Positions 13,960 through 25,230 of a stretch of 64,000 nt of DNA are shown here, in pieces. Every line of letters begins with the position of its first letter. Position 1 is the stretch's first letter. The stretch is from Octopus sinensis (Eukaryota). The notes under the pieces were generated by a model that made no database searches, was not told the origin of the DNA, and saw only the letters and a program-made list of their open reading frames with translations. The translations under genes were made by a program, and so were the position numbers. The stretch covers positions 103,044,001 to 103,108,000 of the forward strand of contig NC_042998.1 of assembly GCF_006345805.1 (NCBI RefSeq), given 5' to 3'.

Positions 13960-15085
13960 TAAATATATATATAGGTGAGAAAGTTAGTGTGTGAAAGCAC
14001 ATGGTTGGACGTATAGAAAATAGAAAAGAGTGAGAAAGCTACAGAAGGCTTGTTTTATAAGGTTAAAGAATATATTTAAGTCGTTATGTTAGAAAAATGT
14101 TATACAATTTTGTGTATAGAAACAGTTTTGGGAGAAATAACCGGTTTCGTGTAAACTTTTCAAATTTCTCAAATTTCTTTACCTACATCGTGTCATGTCT
14201 TCGTTATGTAAAGAAGAGTTCCAGGCAGGGGAAGGTAATCAGGGATTTCTTCCGGTATAAGCGAGATAATCGCTTTATATTTTTTTTCAAATGGATGAGT
14301 TTCTTTGTATAGGAATGTTAAGATGGTTAAGTTTTTTTTCAATGAGATGAGTTTTTTTGTATGATAATGTTAGGATGGTTAAGTTTAGGTTTATATTTTT
14401 CAATGAAGAATATTTCCTTGTTTAATCTAATTTGTGTTGGTGTTCCAATAGCACATTGATTAAAAATTGTGGTAGTAGTTGCTTTGCGCATTGCTCAATA
14501 TGCTCACTAAAGGGTATCATTCTGTATTCTGGGAATGCAATCTCTTGTCGATGCAGAGTGCATCTGCGTATTAGTGATAATCCCGTGGACCTTACGTAGT
14601 ATTGGTGGCAGCCCGAGCATCTTATGACATAAATTATGTCTTCTGAAGCACAAGTAAAATTAGATTTGATCTTGAATTTTTGTCCCTCTTTGAAGAGGAA
14701 TTCTGATCCTTCTAAAAGATTTGGGCATGTTGCGCAGTTTCGTCTACCACATTGTTTTACTTTTGCATAATTTCAGAAAACAATTTTTTAGTGATTTAGG
14801 TTGTTTGTAGCTTTTAATGATTTATGTATGTTTAGAATTTCCTTTAATTTGGGGTCCTTATAAAGCATTGGTAAATTCTGGGTGATGATGGTGAAGGCTT
14901 CTTTGATTCTGGGGTTGTATGTGGATATGTAAGGCAGTATTTTCGGGGAAGGTATTTTCACCGAAAGAGCTAATATATTTTAAAAATTTTAAATTAGTTG
15001 AGAGTTTATGGTATGGGAAATATGAATCTTTATATAAGTTAAGGTTTGGCTTTTGTTCTATCATCGTCAAAAACAAAGCTTACGC
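13960..15085 (-). mobile_element. Penelope-like element C-terminus (GIY-YIG) and 3' region
   Basis: Minus-strand translation CGRRNCATCPNL...FTCASEDIIYVIRCSGCHQYYVRST...HRQEI is typical of PLE GIY-YIG. A ~50 bp tandem repeat lies at ~14270-14400. Confidence 0.8.
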
Positions 15086-15119
15086 TTATGTTTCGGAACA
15101 TATATATATAAAAAATTCA

Positions 15120-15249
15120 CACACACACCCACACACACAAATTACAAACCTATAGCGTACACACTCAAATATATCTCTACATACCGCACACACACACAAA
15201 CAATGTACTCACATATACATACATACCATGCATATACACACACAACACT

Positions 15250-15288
<39 letters not shown>

Positions 15289-15590
15289 AAATACACATGT
15301 AAATACATACACACGTATACAATGCTCACACACACACACACCACACACACACACACACACATACACACACACACGCACACAGTGCACACACACACACACA
15401 TATATACACACGTGCACACACACACACACACAACGCGCGCACACACACACACACATGCACACACGCGCACACTGTGCACACACACACACACACATATATA
15501 TACACACGCGCACACACACACACAACGTACACACACACACACACACACACACAACACTCACACACATACATAACCTACATATATATAATG
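15120..15590. repeat. (CA)n/(TA)n compound microsatellite
   Basis: Directly visible. Confidence 0.95.
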
Positions 15591-16266
15591 TATGCGTGTG
15601 TATGCCACGTATGTGTGCGGTCAATGCCCGCTAGTGTGTCCTATGCGTGCCGATGCGTGCATGTGCCCGCCCGCACGATATGCTGTGAGTGTGCGTGTGT
15701 CCCTGTGTGTGACAAACAGACGCTGCTTGACCAGCAGGCATACTAACCTCCTGATAACCCCAAAACCATTGATGCTTGAAGGGGAAGTATACACCACACT
15801 GGGTACAACCTTTTTTCTCTCAAATCAACCTTTCTGCCAAAACAAACAGGTCAGTAACAACATATTCTCGCCTTCAACTTAAAATATTCTGAGATGTATA
15901 AAAAATCCATTTTAATTTTTGCTGTCAAAAGATTGTATATATATTCCAAAGACTGTATATATATACATGTAATGTGACAATTTGCGACAACCAATAATTA
16001 ACGCAACCAAATTTCCAATAATATATTTGTTTTATCCTTTTCTGCAAATTTTTCCAAATATTCTCATCACACTATTGAACTTCTCTGTTACCAAACACTA
16101 TATTTATACATGTAATGTGACAATTTTGTATAAAAAAACATTTTTGAATTCATAATATCCAATGTGACAATTATGTAAAAAACTTTTTTGAATGCATAAT
16201 ATTCAATGTGACAATTATGTAAAAAACTTTTTTGAACCCATATTATTCAATGATACTTTTAATGTT

Positions 16267-16307
16267 ACTTTTGACAATCTTTTACCAAAGAGTGAAACCG
16301 GTTAAGT
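16267..16307 (+). ncRNA. Degenerate minimal type-I hammerhead ribozyme motif
   Basis: ACTT-TTGACAA-TCTTT/AAAGA-GT-GAAA-CCGG-TT-AAGT: stem I ACTT/AAGT, palindromic stem III ACCGGT. The core differs from CTGANGA by two transitions. Confidence 0.45.
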
Positions 16308-16362
16308 AAATAAACATCGTTTAAATTGCATTTTCAAACCTTTTTTCTATATATATATATAT

Positions 16363-16394
<32 letters not shown>

Positions 16395-16569
16395 ATATAT
16401 ACATATATCATTACTCAGTGCTTCAGTTGTTCTAACTCGAAATCCCATTTACCTAATGAAATTCTGTGCCACTAGCGCTAAATTAAAATATCTTAATTAA
16501 TTCTGAACAAAAACAAATGACGTATTTAGAATAAAGGATAGAAACAAAGGTACAAATTTTCAGACAAAC

Positions 16570-16975
16570 CTGTACCATTATTTTCTACTCTAGCAACAAG
16601 ACCCGAAAGCCAGTCGATTAGATCAACCCCAGTACGCAGCTGGTACTTAATTAGTCGACTCCGAAAGGATGAAAGGCAAAGACGACCTCGGAGGAATTTG
16701 AACTCAGTACGCAAAGACAGATGAAATACCTTTTTTTTTACTACCCACAAGGGGCTAAACACAGAGAGGACAAACAAGTACAGACAAACGGATTGTGTCG
16801 ATTATATCGACCCCAGTGCGTAATTGGTACTTATTTAATCGACCCCAAAAGGATGCAAGGCAGAGTCGACCTCTGCGGAATTTAAACTCAGAACGTAACG
16901 ACAGACGAAATACCACTAAGCATTTCACCCGGCGTGCTAACGTTTCTGCCAGCTCGCCACCTTACCAACATGTAC
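16570..16975 (-). mobile_element. Two adjacent tRNA-derived SINEs (family B)
   Basis: Head TAAGGTGGCGAGCTGGCAGAAACGTTAGCA on the minus strand, a B-box-like GAGTT(C/T)AAATTCC, and a central GACT(T/C)TGCCTT(T/G)CATCCTTT block in both copies. Confidence 0.85.
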
Positions 16976-18012
16976 CATTGAGTACACAATGTATGTTGTT
17001 TGTAGAGACAAATACATACTTACATGTGTCCGTGTTTGTGTGTTTACATGTATGTAATTATGTTATTTAGGTGTTTTCGATTTTATCACCCATGTTCCAT
17101 AAAGCTTCTGGCAGAATGATATTCATACTTCCTATAATTTCAGTAACCACTGTGAACTTATTTCTCTTTACATAGATAAACATTCAGTCATATGTGGAAT
17201 GTGATCATATTGACGAAATTGACTACCTTCATTTTGTACGTTTTTCTCGTTATTATATCACTATCTCACTGTGTAATTAGTCGCTTGTAAAGTTATTTAA
17301 TGTCTCTCTTCAATGCTTTCAGACATACATATTTAGTAATGTAGTTATCTCTCCTACGGTATTATTTTCCGTCATTAATTATCTAAATGTGTCTTTAATA
17401 ACCACTCCTGTTCAAATGACAACCCTCAGTATCATTAACCTTCTCCAAATATATTTAACTCAACTCCTTTCGGCATAAAACGTTGTTTATTCAACAGAAA
17501 TATAACCATCCACAGCCTTCGAATAATTAAAGCAAATACATATAGAGAAGGCGCAGTTGTAAATGTCCTGCCCCTCTCAAAATATAATTTAAGACCTCCT
17601 GCCATAGAGTAGATTCATGTTTTAAATATTCAAGTTTTCAAATATTGGGTAACCTTCACTGGTGCAAAACTTACTTGAGATATAAGACAAAATATACTTC
17701 AGTTATCATACTTTTTACACATATGTATCAGATTAGTCATTTAAATGAAAATATATTTTACACTGCTTTCTTGATAAAATAGTTTTGTTCGCATTGTAAA
17801 GTATTACTTAACCATACATATATATATATCAGATATAGGAGATAATTAGTTATAGAACTGCTTGAACTAGCAGCTAAATAAGCATCATTCTACAAGTTAC
17901 CGTTTTTCGCATAAAAGTTTGACAACACAATGGGGTCGTAGTTGCACTTAGAAGCTAAGTTAGTAAGTCTCTCATCCTAGGCCTGTTTCATAGTGCTTAC
18001 CAGTGTTGAAAC

Positions 18013-18565
18013 AGTTATAGATGTTTTCGATCTAGTTTGGATACTTAGCCATCAAATTTTAATTTTTCAATTGGTGCTCAAGCCTTGAAAAAAAAAGAGT
18101 TAAACTACATCAGCAGTAAGGGAATACATGTCTATCTTATCTAACTCCTCCAATAGAGCCCATCAATTGATATCTGAAAAGTTCGATGAAATAACTCATG
18201 AACACTGCGATAGCTTCTACCAAAAGTGGCTCCGTTGTGTCGAGCGGTCTGAACAAGGGGAGATAATAAACGAATGATTATTTTTCTATTATCTCCCCTT
18301 GTTCAGACCGGACGACATATCGGAGCATCTTTTGGTAGAAGCTATCGCAGTGTTCATGAGTTATTTCATCGAACCTTTCAGATATCAATTGGTGGGCTCT
18401 ACTGGACGAGTTAGATAAGATAGACATGTGTTCCCTTACGGCTGATGTAGTTTAACTCATTTTTTTCAAAGCTTGAGCACCAATTGAATAATTAAAATTT
18501 GATTGCAAAGAATTCAAATTTGATGGCAAAGAAATCAAATTAGATCGAAAAACATCTATATAACT
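18013..18565. mobile_element. Fold-back element with ~255 bp inverted arms, probably Tc1/IS630-derived
   Basis: Arms 18013-18268 and 18287-18565 are reverse complements with scattered mismatches. The arm translates to EITHEHCDSFYQK(W/M)LR..RSEQGEII, which resembles Tc1-like transposase C-termini. Confidence 0.7.
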
Positions 18566-19468
18566 AGTGCTTTCTTTCAGAGGATTATTTGTTTTGTCTG
18601 AAGATAGTGGGTTATACCCCTTAGACTTACACAGCTTCTGGAACCAACGTGTTAACATTCCTTTTGAATAGTTGCAAGTTGAAAGCCACAAGCAAAATAT
18701 CCACCATTAAATAAATTATAGAGAGCTGATGTTCAGGGAAGAAAAGAATGAAGGAAGGAACAAACGAACGAACGAACAAACTAACGATGAACAAAGGAAA
18801 GAACGAAGGAAAGAAGGGAAGAAGGAGGGAGGAACGGAAGGAAGGAAGGTTCGCAAATATAATTATTTCACTGTTTCCCTCTCGTGGTTTTCTTTAAAAT
18901 ACATTCTCAAACACCTTTAAAACCTTCGTTAGGATTTTCTCCGTTGGAGCTTCATTCTCCGTGCATGATTGCGAAACCAATATTTCAGGCTGGGTATAAA
19001 ACATTTTAGGCTTACATTATTTCTATCTTGTGCAACAGTTGCTCATTTTCAGTGCTAAACTGTATTGTTAATATGACCCCGGCATGTTCAACGTCGAATA
19101 TTTGGTATTAGGATAGATTTAACTCTGGTTATTTGTTAGATTAATGTGCATGAAGATACTAGTGTATTCCAGAGAAACGTGTATCCTTAAGATGATTTCT
19201 ATGCTAAATAAGCGTGAAAGATATGTGAGAAGTTTGGACCTTAGAATTCCAGTTAGAAACTATCTGACCGACTCTCGCACAAGATACATCTAGTTAATTT
19301 CACAAACATGAAAAGATAAATGTCTAACTTTACTGGAAAGGCTTAAAATAGCTAACAGTAGAAACAAATAAAGAACTTCTCCAATAAACGGCCATTGCTT
19401 TATATACAGTACACAATGCGCATGAATACTGTTATATCCTTATGCATGAACGAATACACTACAACTGT

Positions 19469-19620
19469 GTACATTATTTACATTGGACGGATATGTATCC
19501 TCATCTTGTTTGTTGTTCCCACAGCGTTTCGGCTGGTTTATTCCCTAGCCTTCATCAGGTGTCCTGGTAGAATTTCCAAACCAAGCCTTGGTTCTCATTT
19601 CTAAGGTAGTTTTTTGCTGA

Positions 19621-19621
<1 letters not shown>
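19469..19621 (-). mobile_element. ~150 bp hammerhead-bearing mini-element, copy 1
   Basis: Reverse complement of the copies at 19933 and 56494. Contains GACAC-CTGATGA-A-GGCT..AGCC-GAAACGCT. Abuts (ATT)n. Confidence 0.75.
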
Positions 19622-19667
<46 letters not shown>

Positions 19668-19932
19668 TATTATTATTATTATTATTTCTTCAAGGCACTA
19701 CCTGGAATTGAACTTGCAATCTTGGGGTTAGTAGCCATGCTCTTAACCAGGAGGAGTTACCGCAATTCTTTATATATTAACCAAAATGAAGTAGATTGAC
19801 AAATTTAATTTTTGAACCGGTTGAAGACACACAAGATGTCGAAATATCGTTCACTATATAACAATGGCACTCGTTTTATTTTGATTTTATTTTGACTCTT
19901 TTTATTTTAACTTTAATGATAATAATAATAAT

Positions 19933-20110
19933 ATCAGCAAAAAATACCTTAGGAATGAGAAACCATGGTTGGATTCGAAATTCTAGCAGGACACATGATG
20001 AAGGCTGGTGTGTAAACCAGCCGAAACGTTGTGGTAACAACAAACAAGATGAAGACACATATGCGTCAAATGTAAATAATGTAAATAATGTACAAAATTC
20101 CTCATCTCAA
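19933..20110 (+). mobile_element. Hammerhead-bearing mini-element, copy 2
   Basis: GACAC-ATGATGA-A-GGCTGGT..ACCAGCC-GAAACGTT-GTGG, preceded by TAA repeats. Confidence 0.75.
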
Positions 20111-20209
20111 AGATATAGAACTGAGACAGTGTAATAATATAATCGAAATAAATAGCAGTAACCACACGGGACGAAACAGCAATTTTTTGAGAACCAACTA
20201 TCCAGCACG

Positions 20210-20887
20210 CTAACTCGAACAGTAAACTTTGAATTCCAGCTTCGAACTATCAACATAATGAACAGTGGAACTATTACGGACTGATTTCTTTATTCGGCAC
20301 AAGGCGTCTTATAAAGAGTGGACAGTACAAAGACAGACAAAATAATACAGTGTGGTGCACAAAATATATAACGGATGACATTATGAATAAATGATAAATA
20401 AGTTGAAATGACTTACCTGCCCTCTACAAGCAGGCACTTCGATTTCACTGTTTATGTATATCGTTTAACTTTCGGTTCAATATTCTGTTTTGTATCTTTT
20501 TTATCTTCTTTATTGTAAAGTCATTTGTAATTCTGTACATTACTGTCCTTTCTGTATTTTCCATAATTTCCTTGGACGGCGTCAGCCTCAGACTGTTTCC
20601 TTCCTTTCTTGACAATTCATTGTATTTCTTAAAATTTCTCTCCTCCAGTTGAATTTCTCTTACTTTCAAGATATCTCCCGGCAAAGTTTTCTCGGTTACT
20701 GCAACATAACTGCCTGCTGGAACTGGTTGACTCCCCATAACATTGCTATTAACGACTTCACCCATAAATGGGGAAGAGAACAAGGTTAACAGGTAACGGA
20801 CAACAATTCAACAATTTCGATACTTCAGCAATTAAATACAGTAGGCCTTCAACGATTAAATAACAAACGATTATATGAAATGACTAA
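20210..20887 (-). pseudogene. gag/ORF1-like tandem unit L (internally deleted)
   Basis: Same leader and 3' block as units M and R. Open frame 20445-20783 carries only the N-terminal part. Confidence 0.65.
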
Positions 20888-22802
20888 CACGAAAACTACT
20901 CGAAGGCACTGGCAAGAACTCATTTCTTTTATTAGGCACAAGACTTCTTATAAAGATAGGACGATACAAAGACAGACAAAACAATAATGTGGGGTACACA
21001 AAACATAACGGATGAAAGTATGAATAAATGATAAATGAGATTAAATGACTTACGAGCCCCCCCCCCCCCCAGCAAGCGGTTCCATTTTACTGTTTATATA
21101 CATAATTTAACTTTTCGGTTCAATATTCTATTTTGAATCTTTTTTTACCTTTATTTTTCAGTGTGTCTCAAAGGCACAGTGGAGTGATTCATCGTTTCTT
21201 CTTCGCTAGCGAAGCATACATCCACTGTGCCATATTTCTTGCCTCTGGTGTTATACGTAGTGAGGCTTTTAATCTCTTTCAGGCATTCTTCGAGTACCTC
21301 TGGGCCGCAACTATTTCAACTCTTTTTGCAGTGATAGACAGCGTTCTGTATATTTCTGCCTTTCTTTACGTCTTTTCGATAATTTCTTTGGACGGAGTCA
21401 TCCTCAGGCTGTTTCTTTCCTTTCTTAACCATTCATTGTATTCCTCAAATGCCATCACTGGTGGCAATACAACGCATCGAAACGGTAACAGCGTTATATC
21501 TATCATTTCCCCGAATAAGTCCTTCAACCTTTCATCCATCTCTTTTACAAGGGAGACTACTTTAAGTTCTTCATTGTACACATTGGGCGCTAACTTCACC
21601 CTAATTACATTTTTCATTTTCGTGATCTTTTTTTCAATTTCTACATTTTTTCTGTTCTTAATTGTTTTTGCGTTCGGTGTTACTTTCTGATTTCCATCAC
21701 TAATCTCTTCTGTTGCTGCTAGTGTTTCCATCTCTTTTTTATCTGCTTGTTTCTCACTCGATGTTGCTGTCATTTCTCTTCTATCTTCCTTTTTTTTCTT
21801 GTTCTTTTACTTTCTCCTCTGTTCTAGTAGCTGTTTTCTCTCTTCGTCTCTTTCGCTTAATTTTGTCGATATCTCGTTTCTTTTCTGCTCGTTCGCTTTC
21901 CCTTCTTTTGGTAACCCTTGTCTCTCCTCTACACTTCCTTTTCTTTTCTTCGCGGGACTCTTTGGTGGTGATTACGCATTTTCTTGTCTTTTCTTCTTTA
22001 CCACTGTGCATATTTCTTCAAACTTTTCCACTGGCCTTTGCTACTCTACGTCTTGCACCTCTACGTCTCCTTGATGTTCCATCTCCGTCACCTCCACTTG
22101 GTGTTTCTGGGGACACTTAGCTTTCATGTGTCCCCGTACTCCACACTGAAATCATATGGGAGGTCTTCCCTCCACTATAACCCTTAGCTTCGTCTCGTCC
22201 GGTAACACTAATGTCTCTGCAATTTTGTGGAGGACGGGTAAACTGATTTGGACCGTCAACTCAAGCCCTTATCCCCAACAGGTTACTTCTGTTGTTCTTG
22301 ACATTTTGAGGATTTAAGTCTCCTCTTGTGCTGTAGAGAATGGCTACTACCAGCCATGCCTCGTCTAAATCTGACCGCACGTTTGGCACAGTTGATTGGC
22401 AGTAGTAATGACTCAGTGGATCTCAAATGCACAGTGGAGTGATTTATTGTTTCTTCTTCACTAGCATTTCTTGCCTCTGGTGTAATACGTAGTGAGGCTT
22501 TTAATTTCATTCAGGCATTATTCGAGTACCCCTGCGGTGCAGCTATTTCAAATCATTTTGTAGCGATAGAAAGCGTTCTGTATGTTTCTGTCCTTCTTTC
22601 TGTCTTTTCCGTAATTTCTTAACAATTCTGCTGGAACTGGTTGACTCTCCATAACATTGTTATTAACGACTTCACCCGTAAATGGGGAGAAAATAAAAAT
22701 GAACAGGTAACGAACAACAATTCAACAATTTCAATAATACAACAATTAGGTACAGTAGACGTTCAACAATTAAACAACAAGCGATTTACATGAAGCGACT
22801 AA
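20888..22802 (-). pseudogene. gag/ORF1-like tandem unit M (CCHC knuckle with a nonsense codon)
   Basis: VEGRPPI*FQCGVRGHMKAKCP at 22113-22154 (first Cys codon is TGA), followed by a K/E/R-rich region and a second partial ORF1-like block. Contains frameshifts. Confidence 0.7.
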
Positions 22803-24617
22803 CAAGGAATCAAACGACTCGAAAGAACTGCCATGAACTGGAACTGATTTCTTTTACTAGGCACAAGACATCTGATAAAGATGGGACGATACAAAAACAG
22901 AGAAAACAATACAGTGGGGAATACAAATAATATAACGGATGAAATTATGAATAATTTAAGAGATGAAATGACGTACCTGCTCCCCACATGCAGGCAGTTC
23001 GATTTTACTGTTTATGTATATCGTGTAACTTTTCCGTTGAATATTGTATTTTGTATCTTTTTTTTTCTTCTTTTTGTAACGTTACTACTAATTCAAATTT
23101 TCTAATTTTTACTTTCTTTTATGCTTAAAAGTGCGTTATGCCCTCAAATGCCACTGGTGGCAATTCATTGAATCAAAACTGTAACGGTGATATCTCTAAT
23201 ATTTCCCCGAACATTTTCTTCAATCTTTCACCTCTCTCTTTCACAAGCAACACTGCTTTAAATCCTCCATTGCACGGTTTAGGCGCTAACTTCACACTAA
23301 TTACATTTTTCATTTTCGTGATCTTTTTCGACCTCCACATTTTTCTGTACTGTATTATAATTCTTAATTGTTTTTCCTTCGGTGTTACTTTCTGATTTCC
23401 ATCACAGCTGTTGCTGGTATTTCCATCTTTCTTTTTTTCCTGCCCATTTACATTCTCCTACGTGCTAGTTACTGGTATCGATCTCTGTTTTCTCTCTTCT
23501 TCTTTCTCGAATGATTTTGTTGATATCTCGTTTCTTTTCTGCTCTTTCGCACTCCCTTCTTTTGGTAACCCTTGTCTCTCCTCTACACTTCCTTTTCTTT
23601 TCTTCATGGAACTCTTTGATGGTGATTCCTCGTTTTCTTGTCTTTTCTTCCTCTACACCACTGTGTATCTTTTATCCATATTTCCACTGGCCTTTGCTAC
23701 TCTACGCCTTGCACCTCTATCGCTCTTTGCTTTTCCATCTCCGTCACGTCCTCATCGAGTTTCTGGGGACACTTAGCTTTCATGTGTCCTCGTACTCCAC
23801 ACTGAAAACATATGAGAAGTTTTCCCCCACGACAACTCACAGCTTCGTCTCGTCACGCAACATTAATTCCTCTGAAATATTGTGGAGGTCTGGGAACCTT
23901 ACATGGACCGTCACCTCAAAGCCGTATCCCCAGCATTTTACTTATGTTGTTCTTGTAATTTTAAGTATGTTAGTTTCCTCCGCAGTTTTATACAGGCTTG
24001 CTGCCACCAGCCACGCCTCGTCTATCTCGGGGGGGGGGAGTGCATTCTAACAATCTTATCTCTGGCCGCACGTTTCCCATAGTAGGTTGGCAGTAGTAAC
24101 GACTCTGTAGATCTCAAATGCACAGAGGAGTGTTTTATCGCTTTTTGTTCACTCACGAAGTGTACATCCACTGTGCCATATTTCTTGCCTCTGCTGTAAT
24201 ACATAGTGAGGCTTTTAATCTCTTTCAAGCATTCTTCGACTACCTCTGCTGCAGCTATTTCAACTCTGTTTGTAGCGATATTACTGTCCTTCTTTGTGTC
24301 TTTTTCACAATATCCTCAGGCTGTCTCTTTCATTTCTTAACTATTCATTATGTTTCTTAAAATTTGTCTCCTCCAGTTGAATTTCTCTTACTTGCAAGAT
24401 ATCTACCGTCAAACGTTTCCCAGGTACTGTAACGCAACTGCCTGCTGGAACTGGTTAACTATCCATAACATTGTTATGAACGACTTCACCCATAAATAGA
24501 GAAGAAAAAAATTAACAGACATCGAACAATAATTCAACTATTTCAGTTATTGAACAATTTGGTACAGCAGACAATTAGGTACAATTAAACAACAAGCGAC
24601 TTAAATGAAGCGACTAA
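22803..24617 (-). pseudogene. gag/ORF1-like tandem unit R (intact CCHC knuckle, ORF disrupted elsewhere)
   Basis: RGKKYGTVDVHF, LRSTESLLLPTYYGKRA, PEIDEAWLVAA, CWGYGFEVTV, and CFQCGVRGHMKAKC (C-x2-C-x4-H-x4-C, 23769-23810). Confidence 0.7.
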
Positions 24618-25039
24618 CATGTGATGGAAAAATTAATAGAGATTAATGATTCAAAGGGAGAAAGAGCGAGAGGCAGACAGACAGAAAGACGGAGACATAG
24701 AGAGACAGCTAGATGGATGGATAGATAGAAAGATAGATATATATTCCTAAAAGCTCATGAGATAGTAGGACTGACTATACGCATATACACACTCACATAA
24801 CACTGGTTTTAATATAAGCCATGTCTTTTAAATTGTGTTCCATAATGACATTTACCATGCTACCCATCAAGATATATTCAATACCTACGGAATATCATAG
24901 ATACTGAAAATCCCTTTTTCAACCCTAGAAATGTAATCATTCGAGAACAAAACTCAAGGTAGGCATTCAATATTTGATATAATAAATATATCCAACTATT
25001 GTATCACTCGTATTTCATTTTATATCTGATAATATCGGT

Positions 25040-25230
25040 TTCAAATTTTGATACAAAGTCAGCAGGTTCGGAGTAAGTCGATTGCATCGACTCCAGTGTT
25101 CAACTAGTTTTTATTTTATTGAAAAGCAAGTTCGACCTCGGCGGAATTTGAATTCAGAATGTAAACATGGACGAAATGCCGCTCAGCTTTTTGTGCGGCG
25201 TGCTAACGATTCTGCCAGCTCGCCGCTTCT
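25040..25230 (-). mobile_element. tRNA-derived SINE (family B), degenerate
   Basis: Similar to 16735-16975. Confidence 0.75.

Noticed and set aside
16110-16250. Regularly spaced AATGTGACAATT repeats as a CRISPR array
   Set aside because: The intervening sequences are copies of each other rather than unique spacers, and no cas genes are present.
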